This document shows, piece by piece, positions 27,986-37,341 of a stretch of DNA of 64,000 nt (position 1 is its first letter; each line of letters opens with the position of its first letter). The notes under the pieces were generated by a model. That model was not told where the DNA came from, did no database searches, and saw nothing but the letters and a program-made list of their open reading frames with translations. Location: assembly GCA_015233115.1 (NCBI GenBank), contig JADFYJ010000008.1, forward strand, positions 40,506 to 104,505. The letters are read 5' to 3'. The position numbers and the translations under genes were made by a program. Source of the stretch: Candidatus Omnitrophota bacterium (GTDB taxonomy: Bacteria; Omnitrophota; Gorgyraeia; Zapsychrales; Zapsychraceae).

Positions 27986-29209
27986 ATGATAGAGCGGGTA
28001 ATTACCAAAATTATAAAAAAAGCGGCAAAAAATTTTCCTGCTGTAGTTTTAACTGGTCCTCGGCAATCTGGCAAAACTACGCTGTTAAAAAATATTCTTA
28101 AATCTACCCATACGTACATTAATCTTGAAGATCCTGACATGCGAATGCGCGCCAGGGAAGACCCTAAACTTTTTTTATCAAATTTTTCCGGTCCCCAAAT
28201 TTTAGATGAAATACAGTATGTCCCTGAGCTTCTGCCATATATTAAATCTTCCATCGATAATAATCGTGCTCCCGGACATTGGTTTTTGACCGGATCCCAG
28301 AATTTTAAACTTATGAAAGGGGTGAGCGAATCACTCGCCGGCCGGGCAGCGGTATTGTCTTTACTTCCGTTTTCTTTTAACGAAAGCTCCGGCCTCGGGA
28401 AGTCGGCTTTGGATATGGCTGGTTTATTGAAAAGTCTCAAGATCCGGGGAGAAAGTGTTCCCGGAAAATCGGATATCGGGAGTATTTTACGAAGGGGCGG
28501 CTATCCTGAACCATGTTCCAATAAAAAAGTAGATATTAATATTTGGTGCAGTTCGTATGTTTCAACTTATTTTGAACGGGACATCCGCAATTTATCGCAA
28601 ATCGGAGATCTCGGCGAATTTGAAAGATTTGTCCGTGTTTGCGCGGCAAGAACAGGGCAAATTTTAAATCTTTCCGAGATGGCAAAAGAAATCGGCATAT
28701 CCGTACCTACCGCAAAAAAGTGGCTTTCGTTGCTTGAAACAGGTTATCAGGTTTTATTGCTTTATCCATATTATAAGAATATAGGTAAAAGATTAATAAA
28801 GAGTCCTAAACTATATTTTACGGATACGGCTTTAGTTTGCTATCTTCTGGGTATAAAGTCAAACGATGTGCTTCTGAACGGTCCTTCTTTTCCCGCCATA
28901 TTTGAAACTTTTGTTGTCGTTGACTTTTGGAAGCGATTTCTGAATGCTGGAGATATGGGATCTTTATTTTATCTGCGGACTCGGGATGGATTTGAAGTGG
29001 ACCTGGTTATAGAATCCGGGCAAGAACTTTTCCTGTTTGAAATAAAATCAGGAGGCACCATAACCGGAAAACACGCTGCGACTCTTATGAAGGCTGGTCG
29101 GGAAATTAAAAATGTAAAAGAATGTGCTATTGTCTCTCGTTCAGATAAAAATTTTACGATTTCTAAAGGTGTGTCTGTCTATAATTGGCATAGCCTGCTT
29201 GGTAAATAG
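27986..29209 (+). CDS. AAA+ ATPase (AAA_14 + DUF4143)
   Basis: GPRQSGKTT, LDEIQ, TGSQ, ESLAGR, GGYP, KRLIKSPKLYF.DT, EVD..EIK motifs. Confidence 0.92.
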   Translation: MIERVITKIIKKAAKNFPAVVLTGPRQSGKTTLLKNILKSTHTYINLEDPDMRMRAREDPKLFLSNFSGPQILDEIQYVPELLPYIKSSIDNNRAPGHWFLTGSQNFKLMKGVSESLAGRAAVLSLLPFSFNESSGLGKSALDMAGLLKSLKIRGESVPGKSDIGSILRRGGYPEPCSNKKVDINIWCSSYVSTYFERDIRNLSQIGDLGEFERFVRVCAARTGQILNLSEMAKEIGISVPTAKKWLSLLETGYQVLLLYPYYKNIGKRLIKSPKLYFTDTALVCYLLGIKSNDVLLNGPSFPAIFETFVVVDFWKRFLNAGDMGSLFYLRTRDGFEVDLVIESGQELFLFEIKSGGTITGKHAATLMKAGREIKNVKECAIVSRSDKNFTISKGVSVYNWHSLLGK

Positions 29210-29243
29210 TAACAGACCTTATTTTTTCATTTGGAAAAAATCT

Positions 29244-29816
29244 ATGTCAAAAAAAATCCTAATCATCTCCGGCAGTCCTAAAAAAGACGGGAACACGGCT
29301 CTGCTTATCAAGTGGTTTATTGAGGGGGCTCGGGAGAAAAATGCGGTGGTGGAAATTGTTAACGCGGCTTATTTAAAATATAAGCATCCGGGGTGTATTT
29401 CTTGCCGGCAGTGTCAGAAAAATGTGGAGTATGGGTGTGTCATTGATGATGATGCCGGCCCGGTGCTGATTAAAATGATTTCTGCCGACGTAATTGTGAT
29501 GGCTTCGCCGCTTTACTTCTTCGGAGCTAGCAGTCAAATTAAAATTCTGGTTGATCGGATGTTCTCACTTTATAAATGGGATAATGCGGCAGGAACTATG
29601 CAAACACCGCTTAAAGGCAAGACTTTGGTGTTTTTAGGCAGTGCTTTTGAGGATATAGGCCTTGATGCTTTGGAAAAACCATTTGCTTTAACTGCTGAGT
29701 ATACTGGAATGCCGTTTGAATCTTTACTGGTCGCGCATGCTGGCACATCGGGGGAGATTGTTAAGCTGCCTGAAGCACAGGATCGAGCTAAAACTTTGGG
29801 ACGGAAAGTCGCATAA
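29244..29816 (+). CDS. Flavodoxin family / iron-sulfur flavoprotein
   Basis: ISGSP...GNT, CISCRQC...C, ASPLYF, K..VDR motifs. Confidence 0.9.
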   Translation: MSKKILIISGSPKKDGNTALLIKWFIEGAREKNAVVEIVNAAYLKYKHPGCISCRQCQKNVEYGCVIDDDAGPVLIKMISADVIVMASPLYFFGASSQIKILVDRMFSLYKWDNAAGTMQTPLKGKTLVFLGSAFEDIGLDALEKPFALTAEYTGMPFESLLVAHAGTSGEIVKLPEAQDRAKTLGRKVA

Positions 29817-29881
29817 ATAGGGGCAGTTCATATTTATTTTATTTATTGCCATTCTGCTCCCAAGCATTCCACCATGACTTT

Positions 29882-30649
29882 TTAGGGGTTCAGGCAAGTT
29901 TGAGCATCTTGGTACTCAATCCCTAAATGTTCATTTGTAACGGAGTTATTTAGATTCTTGGGGTCTGGTTCAGCAGGGCAAAGACAGTTAAAACAAGGTT
30001 CACCGCTAAAGGTGCATTCGCGTATTCTGAAACGATATTGCAATTTAGAGTCAGCAACCGTATGACAGTTATCCCACTTGGGATCAGATAAGAAAAGTCC
30101 CCAGGTTCCAGAGGTGCAGGGAGTCATACAATTTTCGCTGTAAACGCACTCGGTTCCGGTCATTTTATTCGAGCCGCCCCCGCAGGTATAATTGACTCGA
30201 GTTCCACCTTCCGGACAAGCAGGATCGGAGGCGGCCCCGCAAGGAGGATTTGCGCCCGGGTTTTCAGGAGTACAGCAATGAAGATTGTATTCTTTTTTTT
30301 CAGCGGTTGGTGTTTCTGAGCAGGTGTTGGGATCTTTCGGCCCGCCGTCTTTTTCAGATGGGCAGTATCGGGTTAAAACTTGTTTATTATCTTTATCACA
30401 GCAAGGCGGCTTATTGCAATTAAAATAATAGGTGCAGGCTGAACAAGGGTCACTGCTTGAGGTGAAATGAGTTTTGGTAAGGGGGTCTTCATACGAATCT
30501 CGGACTGAATCATCCCAGCCTTTTTGTTGGGCATTCCAGGAACGGACTACATAAGGACCCATGATGATGATACCTGCCATAACCAATAAGGTTAGCATGA
30601 TGTACTCAGAAAGGCCTTGCCCATGATTGGAGGTAAATTTTTTTAGCAT
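29882..30649 (-). CDS. Flp/Tad-type prepilin-like protein with Cys-rich C-terminus
   Basis: Class III leader G/QGLSEY followed by a hydrophobic helix; 21 Cys residues. Confidence 0.7.
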   Translation of the reverse strand: MLKKFTSNHGQGLSEYIMLTLLVMAGIIIMGPYVVRSWNAQQKGWDDSVRDSYEDPLTKTHFTSSSDPCSACTYYFNCNKPPCCDKDNKQVLTRYCPSEKDGGPKDPNTCSETPTAEKKEYNLHCCTPENPGANPPCGAASDPACPEGGTRVNYTCGGGSNKMTGTECVYSENCMTPCTSGTWGLFLSDPKWDNCHTVADSKLQYRFRIRECTFSGEPCFNCLCPAEPDPKNLNNSVTNEHLGIEYQDAQTCLNP

Positions 30650-30793
30650 AATTATCGAGTAGCTTTTAAGCTCAATATAAGTATAATATATTAATTATAT
30701 TCATACAACCTTTTTACCCTAAAAAATACCTGTAAATTTAAAAAGTGTCTATAAAGGGCTTGACAGCCTAGGGTAAATGTATAAAAATACCGC

Positions 30794-31885
30794 ATGAAAT
30801 TTTTCCCAAAAATCTCTATAGTTTTCTTGTCCTTGTTTTTTATCATTGGAACAGGCTTGGCCTATCCTCAGGAAACCGCGACTGAAGTCATTACTTTGAA
30901 AAACAGTTTAGCGGCTCCAGTGGTTAAGCGGGAGTTGGACGCTATTAAAAGCACGGCGGGTAAAGTCGTTTATAATGAGAGTACGGGAACGTTTATTGTC
31001 ATGGATGTCCCAGATAAATTGAAAGAAATGATCGAAAAAGTTAAAACTTTGGATATTCCGGTTGAGCGTAAAGTGTTGGATCTGCAAAATTTGAAAACGG
31101 AAGATGCGGTTAAAACCATAGAGCCGATGTTAACCCCAGGGATAGGGTTGGTGAATGTTATTAAAGACAATGAACTGGAGGTTATTGATACGTCCGAAAA
31201 GGTGAAAGCGATTGAACGGGCTATATGGGAAAAAGATCGGAAAAAAATCAGTTTATCTGTCAAAGTGGAAGTCATTCAGATTATATTAAACGATGAACAT
31301 TTAAGCGGGGTTGATTGGGAAGCGATTTTGATGGATTTTCAGTCCAAAACTTTTAAGGGTTTTGGGGATTCTGTTCGTAATAAATTATCGTTTGGAAGTT
31401 TGAATCAAGAAGATTTTGAAGTGCTGGTTGATGCTTTGGAATCTGTCGGCGACATGCGGCCGATAGCGAATTATGTCAAAGATGAGGTGAGTGGTGATTT
31501 TTCGATAGATCTGCCGGTAAAAGATTTGTTGTTTATACCGAATCAGGACGCGATCAATAAACGGAATCATGATGATCAAGTTAAGTATTCTGTCGCCGTG
31601 TCTGATGTCCAGGAAACAGGTTGTCAAATCATCATTGATCCACAATACAAGGGAACTCAGGGCGTATTCGGGGTTGATGGTAAAATAGCCATGACTGTGG
31701 AGCCAGGAAATACACTTATCGCCGGAGGCCTTTTTAAAAATGTGATGATCGAGTCCATGCGGAAAATACCTTTATTGGGAGACATTCCATTTTTAGGGGC
31801 CGCGTTTAGAACCCAAGGGCACCGGCATCGTAAGACAGAAATAGTTGTTTTTATTAAACCGCTGATTAAGGTAGAAAAAAAATAA
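30794..31885 (+). CDS. Secretin family protein (short)
   Basis: Signal peptide, N domains, GVDW, IAGGL, KIPLLGDIPFLG..F, TEIVVFIKP motifs. Confidence 0.88.
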   Translation: MKFFPKISIVFLSLFFIIGTGLAYPQETATEVITLKNSLAAPVVKRELDAIKSTAGKVVYNESTGTFIVMDVPDKLKEMIEKVKTLDIPVERKVLDLQNLKTEDAVKTIEPMLTPGIGLVNVIKDNELEVIDTSEKVKAIERAIWEKDRKKISLSVKVEVIQIILNDEHLSGVDWEAILMDFQSKTFKGFGDSVRNKLSFGSLNQEDFEVLVDALESVGDMRPIANYVKDEVSGDFSIDLPVKDLLFIPNQDAINKRNHDDQVKYSVAVSDVQETGCQIIIDPQYKGTQGVFGVDGKIAMTVEPGNTLIAGGLFKNVMIESMRKIPLLGDIPFLGAAFRTQGHRHRKTEIVVFIKPLIKVEKK

Positions 31886-32925
31886 TGAAAAAATTTTTAA
31901 TGTTAGCGGCTTTGGCCTGTACAGTTATTTTGGGTGCTTGTCAAACGGCCGTTCCACCGAATAATTATGTCATCCAAAATCAAAATGTGCCGCTGAATCA
32001 TTTGTGTGAAAAATATCATGTGGCTTGGATGTGGGACAATATTTCTGAAATCGTCATCCTTAATTTTAAAAATACCGAGGCTAGGCTTTTGGTCGGCAGT
32101 GATGTCGTTATGGCCGGAGGACAACAAATTGTGCTAAGCAGGCCAGTCGAGATGATGGGCAGTCAGATTGTGGTTCCCAGCGATTTTGAACGCCGGGTTT
32201 TGGAGCCGTCTTTTCAAAAATCGAATTCGGCTGGGATTACTGAAGAACGGAAATTTACGACGGTATTAATTGACGCCGGTCATGGCGGGCATGACACAGG
32301 AGCGATTGCGCGTAATGGAATGCATGAAAAAGATATTGTTTTAGACGTGGCTAAACGATTAGGTGAAAAATTGGAACAACGCGGGATAAAAATATTTTAT
32401 ACCCGGAAGAATGATACATTTGTCAGTTTGGAAGATCGGACAGAATTTGTCAGCCGACATGCCGACGCGGATCTTTTTGTCAGCGTACACGCGAATTCAG
32501 CCAGAGTGCGGGGGCCATATGGTATAGAAGTGTATAGTTTACGTCCGTTAGATTACGAAAGTTTGCATGAAAGTAAAAGAGAAGCTAATCAGGATTTGAT
32601 GTTTTCTAAAATACCCATGGCGCCTGGTTCGCGGGATGTGGAAAATATTGTTTCTGATATGTTGTATTCGCATAAACAACGGGATTCTTTTTACTTGGCC
32701 AGAAAGATTGCGCAAAACACCGCGTATATGGCGAGAACGAAAAACCGGGGTGCGCATGAAGCGCGGTTTTTTGTATTAAGAAACACTTTGATCCCCGCTG
32801 TTCTTGTCGAAATAGGATTTATGTCTAATCCCAAAGAAGAACAATTATTAGAAACCACCAATCACCGTCAGCAAATCGCTGAAGGGATTGCGAAGAGTAT
32901 TTTAGATTATGCGAGAATTAAATGA
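31885..32925 (+). CDS. N-acetylmuramoyl-L-alanine amidase (amidase_3), lipoprotein
   Basis: LGAC lipobox; IDAGHGG, EK, SVHAN, VLVEIGF motifs. Confidence 0.93.
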   Translation: MKKFLMLAALACTVILGACQTAVPPNNYVIQNQNVPLNHLCEKYHVAWMWDNISEIVILNFKNTEARLLVGSDVVMAGGQQIVLSRPVEMMGSQIVVPSDFERRVLEPSFQKSNSAGITEERKFTTVLIDAGHGGHDTGAIARNGMHEKDIVLDVAKRLGEKLEQRGIKIFYTRKNDTFVSLEDRTEFVSRHADADLFVSVHANSARVRGPYGIEVYSLRPLDYESLHESKREANQDLMFSKIPMAPGSRDVENIVSDMLYSHKQRDSFYLARKIAQNTAYMARTKNRGAHEARFFVLRNTLIPAVLVEIGFMSNPKEEQLLETTNHRQQIAEGIAKSILDYARIK

Positions 32926-33841
32926 TAAATTTACAGGGATTGTTGAAAAATGTCCAGAGGCAAGGCATTCCGGAGCGAACGCGGAGCCGTACAGTAGGAA
33001 GTACGGCGCACAAGTGAGCGAGGGAATAACGCCGCAGATGGGCGTTTTGCGACAGTCCCCGATAGGCATATTTGATTCAGGTTTGGGCGGGTTAACCGTC
33101 GCCAAAGCCTTGATGAAATTGATGCCGCATGAAGATTTGGTCTATTTTGGGGATACCGCGCGGGTGCCATATGGTTCCAAGTCCCGCGAGTCTATTGTTC
33201 GTTTCTCTATTGAGAATACTGAAATCCTCATGAAGCGCAACGTTAAAATTGTGGTGGTGGCCTGTAATTCATCGTCAAGCTGTGCGCTGGAAACTTTGCA
33301 GGAAAAATTTCCTGTGCCGATTGTGGGTGTTATCGCTCCAGGCGCGCGTCAGGCTGCGGCTGCGACTATGAATAATCGCATTGGAGTCATTGCGACCACC
33401 GCGACAGTCAATAGCGGCGCGTATGAAAAATTCGTGCATGTTTACGCGCCACAGGCTAAAGTTTTTTCTCAGCCGTGTCCGTTGTTTGTGCCTTTGGTGG
33501 AAGAAGGCTGGTATACTAAAAAAATTGCTTTAGATATCGCGCAGGAATATTTAAAATATTTAAAACAGGATCGGGTGGATACCCTTGTTTTGGGTTGTAC
33601 GCATTACCCGCTTTTGAAAAAAATTTTGCGGCAGGCCATGGGGCCGCAAGTGAAATTGGTTGATTCTGGCCAAGAAGTGGCTTGGGAGGTCAAACGTGTT
33701 TTGCAAGAAAAAGCCTTGATCAAAGATGGACGAGCTCAGGGATGCCACGAATTTTTGGTCAGCGACCGCCCGCAATCATTCGAAAAAATCGCCCAAAGAT
33801 TCTTGGGTGAGAAAATTAATATAAAGTTGTATAAACCATAA
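32909..33841 (+). CDS. murI: Glutamate racemase with an element-derived N-terminal insert
   Basis: PIGIFDSG.GGLTV, PYG.K, ACNS, LGCTHYP motifs. Confidence 0.95.
   Translation: MRELNDKFTGIVEKCPEARHSGANAEPYSRKYGAQVSEGITPQMGVLRQSPIGIFDSGLGGLTVAKALMKLMPHEDLVYFGDTARVPYGSKSRESIVRFSIENTEILMKRNVKIVVVACNSSSSCALETLQEKFPVPIVGVIAPGARQAAAATMNNRIGVIATTATVNSGAYEKFVHVYAPQAKVFSQPCPLFVPLVEEGWYTKKIALDIAQEYLKYLKQDRVDTLVLGCTHYPLLKKILRQAMGPQVKLVDSGQEVAWEVKRVLQEKALIKDGRAQGCHEFLVSDRPQSFEKIAQRFLGEKINIKLYKP
32936..33059. mobile_element. ~124-bp MITE-like element, in-frame copy inside murI
   Basis: Reverse complement of 13077-13200 (about 85% identical by manual alignment). Confidence 0.85.
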
Positions 33842-33893
33842 CATTTTTTGCGTTGTTACACTGTCACATTGTTACCAACAAAATTTTAAACCT

Positions 33894-34256
33894 ATGTTTG
33901 AACTGAGCGTTAAAGGACATATTTCATCGGCGCATTTTTTGCGGGAATACCCGGGAAAATGCAAAAAACTGCATGGCCACAATTGGAAAGTGGAAATGTT
34001 TATTGGCGCGGATAAACTGGACGAGTTAGGGATGCTGGTAGATTTCAGCGTAGTGAAAGATAAGTTGACTGCTTTTTTGTCGTCTTTAGATCATGTCTGC
34101 CTCAATGATTTGCCGTATTTTAAGGAACACAATCCTACGACCGAACACATCGCGCGGTTTATATATCGTGAATTCGCGGCGCAAGTGGCTCCAGTCAAGA
34201 TCATGCGGGTGCAGGTTTGGGAATCAGAACAAAATAGTGTGATTTATTATGAATAA
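33894..34256 (+). CDS. queD: 6-carboxytetrahydropterin synthase QueD
   Basis: SAHFL..Y.GKC..LHGHNW, LDH, PTTE, VWES motifs. Confidence 0.95.
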   Translation: MFELSVKGHISSAHFLREYPGKCKKLHGHNWKVEMFIGADKLDELGMLVDFSVVKDKLTAFLSSLDHVCLNDLPYFKEHNPTTEHIARFIYREFAAQVAPVKIMRVQVWESEQNSVIYYE

Positions 34257-34908
34257 AGCTGTTGTGTTATTATCAGGCGGATTGGATTCAACCACGCTTT
34301 TATATTTTGTGAAGAGCAGAAAATATGCCGTGCATTGTCTGATCTTTGATTATGGACAGCGTCATAAAAAAGAGATATTGATGGCTCAAAAGATTGCCCG
34401 GGAAGCAGGCGCGGCGTTTGATGTCGTGAAAATTCAAATGCCGTGGCGAGGGTCAGCCTTATTAGATAAAAAAGTTAAGATTCCGGAACGTAAAATAATT
34501 GATTCAAAAGAAATCCCTGTCACGTATGTTCCAGCGAGAAATATTATTTTTTTAAGTTTCGCGGTTTCCTGCGCTGAGGCCATCGGCGCCAAAGCGGTAT
34601 TTATTGGCGCAAATGCGCTGGATTATTCTGGTTATCCGGATTGCCGGCCGGATTTTTTTGAGGCTTATACCCGGGTTATAACGACAGGAACTAAAGCTGG
34701 AGTAGAAGGCGGCTCTATCAAGATCCAGACGCCTTTGATCCATAAAACTAAATCTCAAATTATCAAGATGGGTTTGAAATTGGGAGTGCCGTATGAGTTA
34801 ACGTGGTCATGTTATAAAGGCGGCAGTAAACCCTGCGGAGGCTGCGACAGCTGTCAATTAAGAGCCAAAGGATTCGCGGAAGCAGGAAGCATTGATCCAA
34901 GTCTGTAA
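34249..34908 (+). CDS. queC: 7-cyano-7-deazaguanine synthase QueC
   Basis: SGGLDS, YGQRH, TYVPARN, GYPDCR, TWSCY....CG.C.SC motifs. Confidence 0.97.
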   Translation: MNKAVVLLSGGLDSTTLLYFVKSRKYAVHCLIFDYGQRHKKEILMAQKIAREAGAAFDVVKIQMPWRGSALLDKKVKIPERKIIDSKEIPVTYVPARNIIFLSFAVSCAEAIGAKAVFIGANALDYSGYPDCRPDFFEAYTRVITTGTKAGVEGGSIKIQTPLIHKTKSQIIKMGLKLGVPYELTWSCYKGGSKPCGGCDSCQLRAKGFAEAGSIDPSL

Positions 34909-35023
34909 AATTTGTTGTTTTGACTTTTTATTTTTTGTTTTTGATTTTCACTTTTTATTGTTCTTTGGTTTTACTTTAACTTTTTACCTTTACCTTTTTT
35001 TACTTTTAAACACAGGAGGTTTT

Positions 35024-35644
35024 ATGTCGATTGCTCAATTATTATCAGCCGGCGGCTTTACATTATGGCTGCTGAGTTTGTTTTCAGTAGTTTCTTTAGC
35101 CATTATCATTGAACGGTTTATTTACTATCGGACTCGTTCCAGAGTGGCGCGGCCTTTATTTATGGCAAGTCTGGCAAAAGAACTGGAAAACGGTAATACT
35201 AAAAAAGCAGTGGAAATATGTCAGAGCGTGAATACTCCGTTTGCTAAGGTGGCATATGCAGGATTAAATATGGTTGGCCATAATGAGACGGTGATCTCCA
35301 ATACGATGGAACGTGCGGTCACGATTGAAATGATTTTGTTGGAAAAATTTACCGGGATTGTGGGGACAATTGGAAGTACTGCGGTGTACATCGGATTGTT
35401 TGGAACGGTTTTGGGGATTATCCGCGCGTTTAAAGATATTTCTTTGAGCGGATCCGGTGGGATCAATGTCGTTATCAACGGCATTTCTGAAGCCCTGATT
35501 TGCACCGCGGCAGGTTTATGCGTCGCTGTCCCTGCGGTTATCGCGTACAATTATTTTGTCAGAAAAGTGGATATTTTTGTGACAGACATGGAATTATGCG
35601 CGTCCGAAATTATGGATTTATTAAACCGAAAACAAAAAAATTAA
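35024..35644 (+). CDS. MotA/TolQ/ExbB proton channel protein
   Basis: YIGLFGTVLGII.AF and GISEAL..TAAGL.VA.PA motifs; AGGAGG RBS. Confidence 0.93.
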   Translation: MSIAQLLSAGGFTLWLLSLFSVVSLAIIIERFIYYRTRSRVARPLFMASLAKELENGNTKKAVEICQSVNTPFAKVAYAGLNMVGHNETVISNTMERAVTIEMILLEKFTGIVGTIGSTAVYIGLFGTVLGIIRAFKDISLSGSGGINVVINGISEALICTAAGLCVAVPAVIAYNYFVRKVDIFVTDMELCASEIMDLLNRKQKN

Positions 35645-35647
35645 AAC

Positions 35648-36061
35648 ATGAACCGAAAATTTAGAAAACAACGGATGGTTTCAGAAATCAATATTACGCC
35701 TTTTACCGACGTTATTTTGGTGTTGTTGGTTATCTTTATGGTTTCCACACCCTTGATCTATCAATCTAATATCCAGGTAAAATTGCCGGAAGCTAAAAGC
35801 GCGAAAGTCGGTGCTTCGTCGGATCAGGAAGTTTATATTACGATAACCAGCGAAAATGTGGTTTACTTGGGAAAAGAGGTGGTGACTGCCAAAGAATTAA
35901 AAGGTAAGGTCGATGACATGCATAAAAAAAATCCGCAAATGGCGGTCATTCTTTCCGCGGATAAACGGGTCCGTTTTAAATTTGTGGTTGACGTGATTGA
36001 TATGCTTTCAGAACTGGGGATCACCAAATTTGATATTGCCACGATCAATGATCGGCAGTGA
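35648..36061 (+). CDS. ExbD/TolR protein
   Basis: EINITPFTDVILVLLVIFMV, V.LP, AD motifs. Confidence 0.93.
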   Translation: MNRKFRKQRMVSEINITPFTDVILVLLVIFMVSTPLIYQSNIQVKLPEAKSAKVGASSDQEVYITITSENVVYLGKEVVTAKELKGKVDDMHKKNPQMAVILSADKRVRFKFVVDVIDMLSELGITKFDIATINDRQ

Positions 36062-36145
36062 AAAAGTGGTAAATGTGGTAGAGGTGGTAAAGGGGGTAAA
36101 AGAAAAAGCGAAGGTCAGGAAAAGCGACTGGTGAACGAAGATAAA

Positions 36146-36832
36146 ATGTTTAAAGCTAAAATTTCGGAAATCTTTAGGTCAATTCAAGGGGAAGGGAAAT
36201 ACCTTGGGGCTGATCAGATTTTTGTGCGGTTTTCGGGATGCAATTTGTCTTGCGGCTGGTGCGATACTCCTGCTTCGCGGGATAAGTCTGCAGGATTAAC
36301 CATGGATGCACTAGATCTGCTTTCCGCTATTGCCCGTCATGGATCAGGATGGCATTCTGTTAGTCTGACTGGCGGGGAACCGCTTTTACAAAGCGATTTC
36401 CTGCTGGAATTCTTGCCTCAATTGAAAAAAAAACCAGAACGGATTTTTTTGGAGACCAACGGAACTTTATTTCAGGCTTTAGAAGATTGCCTGGAGTATA
36501 TTGATATCATTTCCATGGATTTTAAATTGCCTTGTTCGACCAACGGCCAGGTTCACTGGGACGAACACCGCCGATTTTTAAAAATAGCTTCGCAAAAAGA
36601 AGTATACGTCAAAGCGGTCATTTCAAAACACACGGTTTTGTCAAATGTAGCCATGACAAGAGACTTGATTAAAGACGTTGATCCGGGTATTCTATTGATA
36701 CTACAACCTAATTCTTTGGAATTGGATAAAGCATTGATTGAAAAATGCACAGGTTTCCAAAGATTTTGCGCGGACAAATTAAAAGACGTGCGAGTTATAC
36801 CACAGGTGCATAAAATTATGGCGATAAGATAA
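36146..36832 (+). CDS. queE: 7-carboxy-7-deazaguanine synthase QueE
   Basis: EIF.SIQGEG, CNLSCGWCDT, TGGEP, ETNGT, PQVHK motifs. Confidence 0.95.
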   Translation: MFKAKISEIFRSIQGEGKYLGADQIFVRFSGCNLSCGWCDTPASRDKSAGLTMDALDLLSAIARHGSGWHSVSLTGGEPLLQSDFLLEFLPQLKKKPERIFLETNGTLFQALEDCLEYIDIISMDFKLPCSTNGQVHWDEHRRFLKIASQKEVYVKAVISKHTVLSNVAMTRDLIKDVDPGILLILQPNSLELDKALIEKCTGFQRFCADKLKDVRVIPQVHKIMAIR

Positions 36833-36835
36833 GTG

Positions 36836-36914
36836 GTCGCGCTGCTCGCGGGAGCTTCCAGCACTACGCGGACATTACGTCCTTGGTCGTAGGGGCGATC
36901 TCCTGATCGCCCGC
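36836..36914 (+). repeat. GTAG-type REP copy with extended 5' arm
   Basis: gtaggggcgatctcctgatcgcccgc at 36889-36914; gtcgcgctgctcgcgggagct at 36836 matches the reverse complement of 2144-2164. Confidence 0.8.
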
Positions 36915-36937
36915 TTAAAAAATGATTGGGAAAAAAA

Positions 36938-37339
36938 ATGAAAAATAAAAAATCGTTATACGAAGATTTGCAGAATAAAATCCGGGAATTGAAAACTCCT
37001 GCTATTGAAATTTGGGACAATAAATGGCCGGAACGTGAATATGCCGTTGAGCTCAATACGCATGAATGTACCTGTATTTGCCCCAAAACGGGTTTGCCGG
37101 ATTTTGTGACCTTAAAGATCACCTATGCGCCGGCCAAAACATGTATTGAGTTAAAATCATTTAAATTATATTTAGTATCGTATCGGGATGTTGGCATATT
37201 TCACGAACATTTAACAAATAAAATTCTTGACGATATCGTCGACGCGTGTCACCCCCGCTGGGCCAAAGTAGAAGCCATAGTCAGCCCCAGAGGAGGGATA
37301 CAGACCACAGTGACTGCGGAATTTAAAAACAGGAGATAA
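36938..37339 (+). CDS. queF: NADPH-dependent preQ0 reductase QueF (type I)
   Basis: [24 protein letters not shown] motifs. Confidence 0.95.
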   Translation: MKNKKSLYEDLQNKIRELKTPAIEIWDNKWPEREYAVELNTHECTCICPKTGLPDFVTLKITYAPAKTCIELKSFKLYLVSYRDVGIFHEHLTNKILDDIVDACHPRWAKVEAIVSPRGGIQTTVTAEFKNRR

Positions 37340-37341
37340 CC

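Noticed and set aside
27986-29209. AAA ATPase as a defence system or transposon helper
   Set aside because: A stand-alone AAA_14/DUF4143 gene is common, and there is no partner, transposase or clear terminal repeat.
33842-33893. preQ1 riboswitch upstream of queD
   Set aside because: No preQ1 hairpin consensus is visible; the region is an octamer-type repeat arm.
33894-37339. 7-deazaguanine DNA-modification (dpd) island
   Set aside because: No dpdA/tgt-like gene in the window; queF and housekeeping neighbours fit tRNA queuosine synthesis.
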